DNA from: an uncultured virus (IMG/VR IMGVR_UViG_3300015360_000031)
Lineage: Duplodnaviria; Heunggongvirae; Uroviricota; Caudoviricetes
IMG/VR virus record: IMGVR_UViG_3300015360_000031
Length of the DNA stretch: 23,629 bases
Direction: 5' to 3' (one strand)
Part shown: in pieces, positions 16,577 through 23,629 of the stretch
How positions within the stretch are numbered: position 1 is the first letter of the stretch
How the letters are laid out: every line of letters begins with the position of its first letter
Position numbers and translations under genes: made by a program
Notes under the pieces: model-generated
Told to the model about the DNA's origin: nothing
What the model saw: only the letters and a program-made list of their open reading frames with translations
The model's database searches: none

Positions 16577-17292
16577 CGGAGTCTCTTTCGGAGTAGTAGG
16601 GTTGCGGTGAGGATCAGCGCGAGTGGGGAGCCCCCGGTGGCGGCGCACCCCTCAGCTGGTTCCGGTTCGAGCTCAGGATCGATCTCGATGATCTCACCGG
16701 TACCTGGGCCGAGGCGTTCGAGCAAGAGGCCGTGCGAGTTCTGCATCGCGCGACACGGTGTGGGATCGAACCCGCATGGGCGCGCCGTCGTCTCGCCGCA
16801 TACCGTCAGCTCGTCTTGAAACGCGCGCTTGCCGAGGAACTTCATGTACGACATCGGGTCAGCCGCGAGCAGCGTGTGATCGAGTCCGTATGCGTGCGCG
16901 ATCTCTTGTGCCATGGTCTCGCACACGACCTGCCCGCGAGGCGCAAGCACGTCGGTAAACGTGAACACTATTGCGTTCTCGATGACGTCGCACGTGGTCG
17001 AGAGCGATGCGAGTCCGTTGGTGGTCGCTGGCCGACCGAACTGCGACGGATCACCGCCAAACACCGCTTCGACGTGTGGGGCTGGGCTTGGGTCGAGCTC
17101 GACGAACACAACGTCGTAGCGCGCGAACATGTTGCGCAAGCATACCGTGGTCTCATGCCACAAGGTCTCCGACGCACCCCACGCAGGCACGTCAACAGGA
17201 CCGGGCGCGACCGCGGACACGTTGCGCCGTGAGTCGTTCCAACCGCGAGTGATCGAAACACCATCACGGTTGAGGTAGATCGTTCGGGTCAT
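16573..17292 (-). CDS. Zincin-like Cys-rich protein with MYXO-CTERM-like C-terminal sorting signal
   Basis: QEIAHAYGLDH…DPMSY (metzincin-like, first His replaced by Gln); ends EGCAATGGSPLALILTATLLLRKRLR. Confidence 0.75.
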   Translation of the reverse strand: MTRTIYLNRDGVSITRGWNDSRRNVSAVAPGPVDVPAWGASETLWHETTVCLRNMFARYDVVFVELDPSPAPHVEAVFGGDPSQFGRPATTNGLASLSTTCDVIENAIVFTFTDVLAPRGQVVCETMAQEIAHAYGLDHTLLAADPMSYMKFLGKRAFQDELTVCGETTARPCGFDPTPCRAMQNSHGLLLERLGPGTGEIIEIDPELEPEPAEGCAATGGSPLALILTATLLLRKRLR

Positions 17293-18236
17293 GCGGCCCG
17301 CCGCGCGATGATCTCGGTGAGCCAGCTCGGTGTACTCGTGCGCATCCGCTCGCCGATCACTTCCATGTCGATGTAACCACCAAGCGCACCGGCACCGGGC
17401 ACGGTGTGGCCGGTGATCGACGCGATCTCGTGCGGTGCGTGACCGGCTTTCGAGCGCCACGTGATGAACGTGTGGCGGAACATGTGCGGGTGCACGTGAT
17501 CAACCTTTGCGGCAACCGCGCGGGTCGCGAGCATCTTCTGGATCGCCGACGGTGACAGCCCGCGATCGAGGATTTCGTAGTCGAACCGGCCGCTCGCGCC
17601 GATGCGCCGCTGCAACGGTCGAAAGATCGGCCCGCGGCGGGTGCCGAGGTACTTGCTCCATGGGGTGAGTGCAGCCAGCGCCGCATCGGAGAGTGGGACG
17701 GGTACGAGCTCGTCGCGGGTGCCCTTCATCGGGACTTTGATCAGTGGGTAGGGCTTGTTGCCGAGCTGTTCGAGATCCATCGCGGCGAGCGACATCCGCC
17801 GCATGCCGGTTTCCAGCCCGACGACGATCAGCGCGAAGTCGCGCAACCCGGGTGGGCTCTTGTCGCACGTCGCGAGCAGCTGAATCGCGGTCTCTTCGTC
17901 AAGCGCGTGCTGCTTGATCAGGTTCGAGGGCTTGCTCGATCGGATCTGCGCGAAGTACAGCTCGGGCTTGCGTTCTTGGTGCGACCACCACTTCGCCGCG
18001 TACTGCACGCTCGACATCAGGCGGTTCGCGCTCTGCGGGCGCAGCCCCCTCGCGAGCAGGTGCGCGTAGTACGCCTGCGCCTGTGCCGGCGTCCAGCCGC
18101 TCGGGTGCTCACCGGCAAACGTGATCCAGGTGTTGAGGTCGCGCAGGTACTTGTCACGCGTCGATGGTGCGAGGTCGGGTGCGGAGGCGACGATCATGTG
18201 GAGTGCACTCGTGCCGGGGAGCAACTTCTTGGGCAT
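17289..18236 (-). CDS. Tyrosine recombinase/integrase (XerC/D-like)
   Basis: LAPSTRDKYLRDL N-domain, ETGMRR, HPHMFRHTF, ITGH and GGY. TAGGCT lies 7 nt before ATG 18236. Confidence 0.92.
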   Translation of the reverse strand: MPKKLLPGTSALHMIVASAPDLAPSTRDKYLRDLNTWITFAGEHPSGWTPAQAQAYYAHLLARGLRPQSANRLMSSVQYAAKWWSHQERKPELYFAQIRSSKPSNLIKQHALDEETAIQLLATCDKSPPGLRDFALIVVGLETGMRRMSLAAMDLEQLGNKPYPLIKVPMKGTRDELVPVPLSDAALAALTPWSKYLGTRRGPIFRPLQRRIGASGRFDYEILDRGLSPSAIQKMLATRAVAAKVDHVHPHMFRHTFITWRSKAGHAPHEIASITGHTVPGAGALGGYIDMEVIGERMRTSTPSWLTEIIARRAA

Positions 18237-18246
18237 GATGGGTAGC

Positions 18247-18966
18247 CTACGGCGTCTCGGTGAGTAGTGGCCGCCCGAGATCTCCGGTGGCGCTATCGTA
18301 GTCATCGTGCTCGTTACGCTCACCGCCGCCGGTGAGCTGCCTGGCGGCGAGCCCTTCGAGCCCGGTGATTGCGATCGCGTGCTGCATGAACGCATCGATC
18401 TCGTGCTTCGCGGCGGTGACTACCTTCGAGCTCGCTTCGTTGAATTGATCCACGATGAACGGAACGTTCGATTCCAGCTGCATGATCATGAAGTCGAGCG
18501 ACCGCCGGATCTCGTCGCGTGCTTTGGCGCTCGCCGACTTCGTGATCTCCTCGATCTTCGCCTTGGTTTCGCGCATGCGCTTGACCATGCCCTTGAGTGA
18601 GCCATCGAACGAACTCTTGATCCGCTCAACCTCGGTCTCGATCTCGGGTGGATCCTCGACGCGCTGTCCATCGAAGTAGCGGATCGTGCACGGGATGCCT
18701 GAGCCTTGATTCATCGTTGTCAGCACCTCAGCGAACTGCGCGGCTGATAGCTCAACCTCGATGTATTCACCACGCATCGATCCGAAGTAGCGATCGTGGT
18801 TCAACCCGTGGATCAACATGCCTGACCCGATCCTTAGCCGCACCGTGTTGTAGTGCTCCTTGAGCGAGCTACCAAACAGCCGGGTTCCGCGGCTGCCCGA
18901 GCTGCGGTTGAACTGCATCATCCCGTAGGACGCGTGCTTGAACTCTTGATCGTCGTCCTTGCTCAT
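18247..18966 (-). CDS. Conserved phage hypothetical protein with coiled-coil C-terminal half
   Basis: HASYGMMQFNR…LFGS…IEVELSAAQFAEVLTTMNQGSGIPCTIR pattern seen in phage early regions. Confidence 0.7.
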   Translation of the reverse strand: MSKDDDQEFKHASYGMMQFNRSSGSRGTRLFGSSLKEHYNTVRLRIGSGMLIHGLNHDRYFGSMRGEYIEVELSAAQFAEVLTTMNQGSGIPCTIRYFDGQRVEDPPEIETEVERIKSSFDGSLKGMVKRMRETKAKIEEITKSASAKARDEIRRSLDFMIMQLESNVPFIVDQFNEASSKVVTAAKHEIDAFMQHAIAITGLEGLAARQLTGGGERNEHDDYDSATGDLGRPLLTETP

Positions 18967-19343
18967 CGGCGTTCTCGCCTTTCTTTGGTCTCCCACGAGC
19001 GCACTGGCGCAGCCTCGTGATGCTTGATGAACTCGATGTGGTTCGAGAACACGAGCTTGGTGTTCCGCCTCATCCGCGGGAACATGCGGTCGCGCGGCAG
19101 CTTGCTCATGTTGGCGCTCAGGATCAGCGAACCGGCGCAGATGAGGCCGATTTGCTGCGTAGCCCACGCAGAACTCCAATCATCGATCTCGTAGTCGATC
19201 GATGTGTGGCACGGTAGCGGGCGTTCCATCGAGATCTCGATGATGAAGCTCTGCGGTGTTGCCGCACCGAGCCAGCCGGGTGTGCTCTTGCGGCGGAACG
19301 GACACTCGGCGCATGGCCTCGTACACGCCGGCCGATAGCTCAC
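18963..19343 (-). CDS. Cys-rich phage protein (CxxCPFR…PCH…CAG)
   Basis: PCAECPFRRKSTPGWLG, LPCHTSIDY and ICAG; GTGA-coupled start. Confidence 0.7.
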   Translation of the reverse strand: MSYRPACTRPCAECPFRRKSTPGWLGAATPQSFIIEISMERPLPCHTSIDYEIDDWSSAWATQQIGLICAGSLILSANMSKLPRDRMFPRMRRNTKLVFSNHIEFIKHHEAAPVRSWETKERRERR

Positions 19344-20116
19344 GCGCGTACCATGCGAACGATGCACGTGTTGACGCCGGTGCCTGATGATTTGAACGAG
19401 CCCTCTGGTAGCTTCGTGATCGTGCCGCACGCCAGCACCTCAGCACGGAACGCCTCGTGCCGACGATCCGTGCGGAACTCGATGCTCGATGGCATGATCG
19501 ACACGAGCACGCCGCCCTTGATCAACATCTTGAATGCGTGCCGCACGTGGTCGATGTGATCACCGAGCCCGACGCGGGCAAACGGCGGGTTCATCACCAC
19601 ACGATCGAACGGGTCGGGCGCCTCGTACGTCATGAAGTCGATCGGCTCAGGGCAGAGCGCAACACCGAACGCCCACTCGGGGACATGCGTACACGAGCGC
19701 TTGAGTAGTGTGTAGAGTTGCGCGTCGAACTCGACGGCGTACACCTCCGCGCCAGCTGCGAGGATGTGATCGACGATCGCCCCATCACCCGCACTCGGTT
19801 CGAGCACTTGATGGGCCGGGCGGACATCCGCGAGCTTGACGAGCTGCTCCGCGAGTCGCGCAGGGGTCGGAAAGAAGCCCAGATCCGAGGCGGTCGTCAC
19901 CTTGCCCATCGCGATCACGGCGCTCACGAGCGGCACCGGGTCGCATCCGAATAGGTAGGCTCTCGCCTTCCGATTCCACTTCCCGCCGCACGCTTGCAGG
20001 ACCTCGTCGACCTTGACGAAGAGCTTCCGGTCGAGCTGCCCCTCGATCACGACGCTGTTGTCCGCGCGGTAGGTCAGACCCCCGAGCACGGTCAGGACTT
20101 CTTCAGAAACACGCAT
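19340..20116 (-). CDS. Class I SAM-dependent DNA amino-methyltransferase (orphan)
   Basis: GFFPTP, VLEPSAGDG, VVMNPPF and FKSSGTGVNT; GGAGG RBS. Confidence 0.88.
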   Translation of the reverse strand: MRVSEEVLTVLGGLTYRADNSVVIEGQLDRKLFVKVDEVLQACGGKWNRKARAYLFGCDPVPLVSAVIAMGKVTTASDLGFFPTPARLAEQLVKLADVRPAHQVLEPSAGDGAIVDHILAAGAEVYAVEFDAQLYTLLKRSCTHVPEWAFGVALCPEPIDFMTYEAPDPFDRVVMNPPFARVGLGDHIDHVRHAFKMLIKGGVLVSIMPSSIEFRTDRRHEAFRAEVLACGTITKLPEGSFKSSGTGVNTCIVRMVRA

Positions 20117-20142
20117 CGCAACCTCCTGAAATCGTTGTTGTT

Positions 20143-20180
20143 AAACTAGTTTTACTAGGTACTGGATATGTAGATATCCA
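20143..20180. promoter_or_regulatory. AT-rich operator-like palindromes upstream of the methyltransferase operon
   Basis: TGGATAT-GTAG-ATATCCA (20163-20180), AAACTAGTTT (20143-20152) and CTAGT-TTT-ACTAG (20146-20158). Confidence 0.5.
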
Positions 20181-20187
20181 ACACCAC

Positions 20188-20415
20188 CTAGCGCCGCGTC
20201 GGCGGTCCCGGTGGGCTCGCGTACGAGCTCGATCGGGTGGCGTCGACCCACGCGATCGCTCTACGTGCAGTTGCGATCGCACGCTCAGCTGAGGTGATCA
20301 CGCCGGTCTGTGCGATTCGATACGCTTCGAGCGCGGCGTGCGGCGCTTGCATGTCCTCGACGTGCTCGGCCTTCATCTCATCGATCGTGACCAGCTCTAC
20401 GCGATCGATCGTCAT
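20188..20415 (-). CDS. Small hypothetical protein
   Basis: 75 aa, directly after motif copy 3. Confidence 0.55.
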   Translation of the reverse strand: MTIDRVELVTIDEMKAEHVEDMQAPHAALEAYRIAQTGVITSAERAIATARRAIAWVDATRSSSYASPPGPPTRR

Positions 20416-20420
20416 GGCTG

Positions 20421-20443
20421 ATTCTTACGGCGTGGGGCTGACA
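20421..20443 (-). promoter_or_regulatory. TGTCAG-N10-TA motif, copy 3
   Basis: Minus strand reads TGTCAG CCCCACGCCG TAAGAAT CAGCC ATG(20415). Confidence 0.6.
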
Positions 20444-20452
20444 ACCTCTGGA

Positions 20453-20770
20453 TCACGCCTTCGCCTTCGCCTTGGTTCGGCGTGGCCCCGGGCCGCGCAT
20501 CGACGACATCAACAGCTTGACCACGGTGGTCTCGTCGATCCCGAGCTTCGCGTTCGCCTCGGCGGCGGTCTGCTCCGCGTCGCGGTAGGTCATGCCCCAG
20601 TACCACGGCGCCTTGTCGGGTGTGCCGGTCGGGAAGTGACCCTCTTCGCCCTCGACGATGATCGAAACGCGGTAGCCCTTGCCATCCTCGAACGCCGAGA
20701 GTGGGATGTAGTAGCACCAGCGGCGGGTCGCGAGCAGCGTCTGCACGTCGAGCTCTTCTTTCTTCGCCAT
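20453..20770 (-). CDS. Phage hypothetical protein (EGH.P…PWYWG…SSM)
   Basis: 105-aa ORF starting MAKKEELD; tightly packed. Confidence 0.7.
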   Translation of the reverse strand: MAKKEELDVQTLLATRRWCYYIPLSAFEDGKGYRVSIIVEGEEGHFPTGTPDKAPWYWGMTYRDAEQTAAEANAKLGIDETTVVKLLMSSMRGPGPRRTKAKAKA

Positions 20771-21125
20771 GATCAGATTCCGATCCGGCGCTCGATCTCG
20801 GCGAGCGTCTCTTCGATGTTGGTGGTGTTGGGGCTCGTGAAGACGTCCCAACCCCGCTTGTGTGAGCGGATAACGACGATGACAAAAGCACCACGGATAG
20901 CCCAACCTTCTAGGCGGTCGATGTGGCCATTCATGCTGCGATCGTTCTGCCAGGTTTCGATCTGCCAGGTCTGTGCCGCGCGAACCTTGTCAAACCACGC
21001 GCGCAACGGTGGATAGTTTTCGAGTATCGGCTCGTCACCCGGCTTGAACAACATCACTTTGATCGTTCCTTGGTGGCCGCCTTCAACAACTCGGCGGCGG
21101 TCCGCTCCGCGTCGCGGTAGGACAT
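20558..21125. repeat. 36-bp direct repeat (20558-20593 and 21090-21125, 2 mismatches)
   Basis: CTCGGCGGCGGTC(T/C)GCTCCGCGTCGCGGTAGG(T/A)CAT, encoding M(T/S)YRDAE(Q/R)TAAE in two different genes. Confidence 0.85.
20773..21057 (-). CDS. Hypothetical protein
   Basis: Starts (V)MLFKPGDEP; GTGA-coupled with AAGGA upstream. Confidence 0.6.
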   Translation of the reverse strand: MMLFKPGDEPILENYPPLRAWFDKVRAAQTWQIETWQNDRSMNGHIDRLEGWAIRGAFVIVVIRSHKRGWDVFTSPNTTNIEETLAEIERRIGI

Positions 21126-21446
21126 CTTCACGACTCCTGTGGCCGCCTTCACGCGCTGCGCCGAGATGGCAACGACATCGAGCTTGTCGGCCGCGAACGT
21201 GAACGCCTTCGCGAGCGGGCACTTCAGGTGGGCCTTGCAGTCACAGTCCGCGACGATCACGATGGGGTCACCGGAGAGCGTGGTGCCGATGAACGCGAGC
21301 GCGGGCTCGGCGTCGGCCTTGCGCCAGCGGCCGACCACGGGCAGCTGCCACAGCTTCGTTGAGCCGTGGAATTCGCTTTTGAGTGCCATCGTGCCGTTAG
21401 GTGGCCGACAGAGTGGATGTTTCTTCATGTCGTTGCTCACGGTCAC
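21054..21446 (-). CDS. Hypothetical protein
   Basis: 130 aa, GTGA-coupled; start could be 21428. Confidence 0.6.
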   Translation of the reverse strand: MTVSNDMKKHPLCRPPNGTMALKSEFHGSTKLWQLPVVGRWRKADAEPALAFIGTTLSGDPIVIVADCDCKAHLKCPLAKAFTFAADKLDVVAISAQRVKAATGVVKMSYRDAERTAAELLKAATKERSK

Positions 21447-21742
21447 AGTTCAGCAGCGGCGAGCACTTCGGCCGGGACAGCATCGCTCTCGCCCTGAGCG
21501 ATCAGCCACGCGTGTGCAGCCGCCTCGTCGATCAGATCGTAGCTCTCGGAGCTACCCTGCCATTGCGACCACGTGTGGAGGACCCATCGACCTTTCGACG
21601 TGCGGTAGAGGCACTCGTGCTCCCACTGAGATCCCGTCGCACGGGAGATGTGGTTGTTCCCGTCCCATCGTGTGTCCTCGTCGAATTTGACTGCCGTCTT
21701 CGTCGAGAACCACTGCCCATTGCCAAGGTTGATTCGTGCCAT
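21443..21742 (-). CDS. Phage hypothetical protein (E.LYRT.KG.W type)
   Basis: 99 aa, WEHECLYRTSKGRWVLH; first gene downstream of the hammerhead. Confidence 0.7.
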   Translation of the reverse strand: MARINLGNGQWFSTKTAVKFDEDTRWDGNNHISRATGSQWEHECLYRTSKGRWVLHTWSQWQGSSESYDLIDEAAAHAWLIAQGESDAVPAEVLAAAEL

Positions 21743-21761
21743 TTTGTTATCCGTTCTTCGT

Positions 21762-21844
21762 GGGGTTTAGCTTCATCAGTGCGGTGGGGACCACCCGACC
21801 GCATACGGCGCGCACGATGCGCACCGTTTCGCCGAACACACCCC
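21762..21844 (-). ncRNA. Hammerhead ribozyme, type II
   Basis: Minus strand: GGC-GAAA-[CGGUGCGCA ucg UGCGCGCCG]-UA^-[UGCGGU…ACCGCA]-CUGAUGA-A-GCU, with outer GGGGU/ACCCC pairing. Confidence 0.88.
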
Positions 21845-21869
21845 TGTGAGACCTGGGTTTGCTTCGCAG

Positions 21870-22361
21870 CTAAATCTTCGAGCGCGTGTTCCTCTTCGGT
21901 GCGGGCGACGAATCGTCAGGTGGCGCAGGCTCGGCAACGGCGATCGCATTCTTGAGCGTGCGCAACTCGGCACGCAGCAGCGCGATCTCATCCCCTTGCG
22001 CGGCGATCTTCGCGTGATGCGTGGCGGTCCGCGCGTCGCGCTGCGCGATCCGATCAGCAAACAGCTGCTCGTGCATGATGAGAGCTTCGTTCCGCTCGCG
22101 TGCGATCGCGACCTTGAGTGCTTCGAGCAACGTGCTGACATCCTGGCCTTCGATCGCCAGCTCGGCGCGCAGCTCGGCGATTCGCTCCTCGGCCTCTTCT
22201 TTGGCTTCGCGTGCCTCCTCGGCGAAGAATTCGCGATCCATGTGCGCGGCGGCGACTACTTCGCTCAGCAGCTCGAACGTGTCAACCGCCGGATCCTTCC
22301 AGCCCGCGCGCGCGAGCTCGACGTACCGGGCCGCGTCGTCAACCTCTTGGCTACCTCTCAT
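21870..22361 (-). CDS. Coiled-coil hypothetical protein
   Basis: Starts MRGSQEVDD; heptad-rich E/A/R helices; ATGA-coupled. Confidence 0.65.
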   Translation of the reverse strand: MRGSQEVDDAARYVELARAGWKDPAVDTFELLSEVVAAAHMDREFFAEEAREAKEEAEERIAELRAELAIEGQDVSTLLEALKVAIARERNEALIMHEQLFADRIAQRDARTATHHAKIAAQGDEIALLRAELRTLKNAIAVAEPAPPDDSSPAPKRNTRSKI

Positions 22362-22591
22362 TGATAGTGCCTCCCCACGTTGTCGACGGCCCACACGTAG
22401 ATCCACTTGCGCGCGACGTTCGGCTCGTCCTTGTGCTCCTTGAGGAACGCATCGCACGCCCAGCTGATGCGATCGGCGCGTGTGTTGCGCCCCGTACCTG
22501 AGAGCGCGGTACGCGACAGATGCCACAGCTCGACAAGCTCGGCTTGCTCGCGCGTGTCGGGCTCGAACCCGCCGACAACCCGCGGCCTCAT
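22358..22591 (-). CDS. Hypothetical protein
   Basis: 77 aa, packed in the operon. Confidence 0.6.
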   Translation of the reverse strand: MRPRVVGGFEPDTREQAELVELWHLSRTALSGTGRNTRADRISWACDAFLKEHKDEPNVARKWIYVWAVDNVGRHYQ

Positions 22592-22593
22592 GG

Positions 22594-22890
22594 CTAGCGC
22601 CGCTTTCCGCGACGAACGAGCGTGAGCTGGTTCGTGCTGATCGAGTAGTGGTCGTTCGGCTCCCAGTTCACGACGTAGCCGCCGCGCGTCTTTGTTGCGG
22701 GGGCTCTCACCTCGGCAACGCCGATCCCGTCCCAGCCGGTGATCACGCCACTCGACGGGTAGCCCTCGTTCGCGTGGTTCTTGCAGCCGTGCTCGTCGCG
22801 GAGCGCGACCTTGACGCGGTCATTGATGCGCAGCCGCTTGCCGTTCATGTCCTCGCCGCGCCCGTAGAATCGCTTGTGCCGCTTCTTCAT
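22594..22890 (-). CDS. Basic hypothetical protein, possibly SH3/KOW-like barrel
   Basis: DMNGKRLRINDRVKV…GVITG…STNQLTLV. Confidence 0.6.
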   Translation of the reverse strand: MKKRHKRFYGRGEDMNGKRLRINDRVKVALRDEHGCKNHANEGYPSSGVITGWDGIGVAEVRAPATKTRGGYVVNWEPNDHYSISTNQLTLVRRGKRR

Positions 22891-22895
22891 GGTTG

Positions 22896-23165
22896 CTACC
22901 CACCCGCCAGCAGCTTCGTTGCTGCGTTGTCGGCGAACTCACTGGTCGGCTCCACGCCGTACATCTCGCGGTACGCCTCGATCACTTGGGTGCGGGCGTC
23001 GGCCCAGCCACGATCGATGTCGTCGAGGATCACCGACGTCTTGGGCAGCATCTCGGGCTGAGCTAGCAGTACGCGATGGCGCCGCGCCAGCTCACCGGCG
23101 ACACGCGCGATCTCCTTGGGGTCCAGCTGGATGAGCAGCGCTTCGATGGTCGGGGTAGTCTTCAT
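22896..23165 (-). CDS. Hypothetical protein whose N-half duplicates part of the upstream ART-like gene
   Basis: ELARRH-R-VLLAQPEMLP is shared with the upstream ORF. Confidence 0.6.
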   Translation of the reverse strand: MKTTPTIEALLIQLDPKEIARVAGELARRHRVLLAQPEMLPKTSVILDDIDRGWADARTQVIEAYREMYGVEPTSEFADNAATKLLAGG

Positions 23166-23629
23166 GGTAGTTGGATCCAGCTGGGGGTGAGTCGACGATC
23201 AAGCTCGGCGATCGATGCGCCGGGCATGGCCTCGATAGGTTCGGGGGTCGGGAACGTCAGCAGTGGCTCGGTGATCACCTCGCGTTGCGTGTCGAGTGAC
23301 CATCGGATTTGCTGACCGCCTGGGATGCCCATGCTCGGGTGCCGTAGCGCGAGGTACTCAAGCGGCGGACCGAACGCGTGCCGCCACGAGTGATGCCAGA
23401 GCACGCGCGGCGGCTCGACGAGCGTCACCACGTAGCCGCGCGCCTCGGGGGCGTACTCATGGAATGGCCCGGAGATGTAGCTGGCCGGATCGCCGAACCA
23501 GCGCGCGACGTCGCGATCCTCTGACCACGACAACCACGTGAGCCGATCGTCGGGCAGCATCTCGGGCTGAGCTAGCAGCACGCCGCGGTAGAGCGGCACG
23601 GGCTCGAACGGATGGCGCCGCGCCAGCTC
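23043..23629. repeat. Split direct repeat: 27 bp (23043-23069 = 23552-23578) plus 19 bp (23075-23093 = 23611-23629), with a 27-bp indel between
   Basis: GGGCAGCATCTCGGGCTGAGCTAGCAG and GATGGCGCCGCGCCAGCTC are each present twice. Confidence 0.9.
23162..23629 (-). CDS. ADP-ribosyltransferase-like protein (R-S-E type), 5'-partial
   Basis: PLYRG…LSWSEDRDVARWF…GYVVTL…QREVI; frame is open to the window edge. Confidence 0.65.
   Translation of the reverse strand, partial: ELARRHPFEPVPLYRGVLLAQPEMLPDDRLTWLSWSEDRDVARWFGDPASYISGPFHEYAPEARGYVVTLVEPPRVLWHHSWRHAFGPPLEYLALRHPSMGIPGGQQIRWSLDTQREVITEPLLTFPTPEPIEAMPGASIAELDRRLTPSWIQLP

Noticed and set aside
17293..17460. Upstream extension of the MYXO-CTERM ORF as a possible signal peptide
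   Set aside because: It overlaps the recombinase catalytic region and has no hydrophobic core; ATGA coupling supports 17292.
5063..20116. Restriction-modification system
   Set aside because: The two methyltransferases are far apart and no adjacent endonuclease motif was recognised.
20237..22443. Long plus-strand ORFs in the right arm (20237-21016, 21139-21690, 21401-21955, 21846-22364)
   Set aside because: They are antisense shadows of a tightly coupled minus-strand operon in high-GC DNA.

Overview
GC-rich viral (phage or provirus) DNA. The host is probably a myxobacterium, because one gene ends in a MYXO-CTERM-like sorting tail. The left arm (+) is a replication and nucleotide module: family-A DNA polymerase C-terminus, a DUF3310-like protein, ThyX, a UvrD-like helicase with a LAGLIDADG intein in its Walker A motif, a phage Dam-like methyltransferase and an RHH-like protein. 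The middle (+, 6.1-11.4 kb) is a probable virion module of very basic peptides, small single-TM proteins with basic tails and recurring GLG/LxG motifs, two beta-rich proteins and an 8-repeat fibre. No capsid, portal, terminase or tape-measure gene is visible; the module would fit a membrane-containing virus (inference). Next come two paralogous Zn-finger genes, a membrane-anchored atypical kinase and a modular SGNH hydrolase. A 470-bp non-coding block holds two sigma70-type promoters that appear to drive structured RNAs. The right arm (-) carries a dCMP deaminase, a MYXO-CTERM zincin-like protein, a tyrosine recombinase, a second methyltransferase, many small genes, a type II hammerhead ribozyme and an ADP-ribosyltransferase-like gene. 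Regulatory signals include three copies of a TGTCAGCCCC-N6-TA motif resembling the PafBC/RecA-NDp promoter and many leaderless TAnnnT promoters. All calls come from motif recognition by eye; no searches were run.
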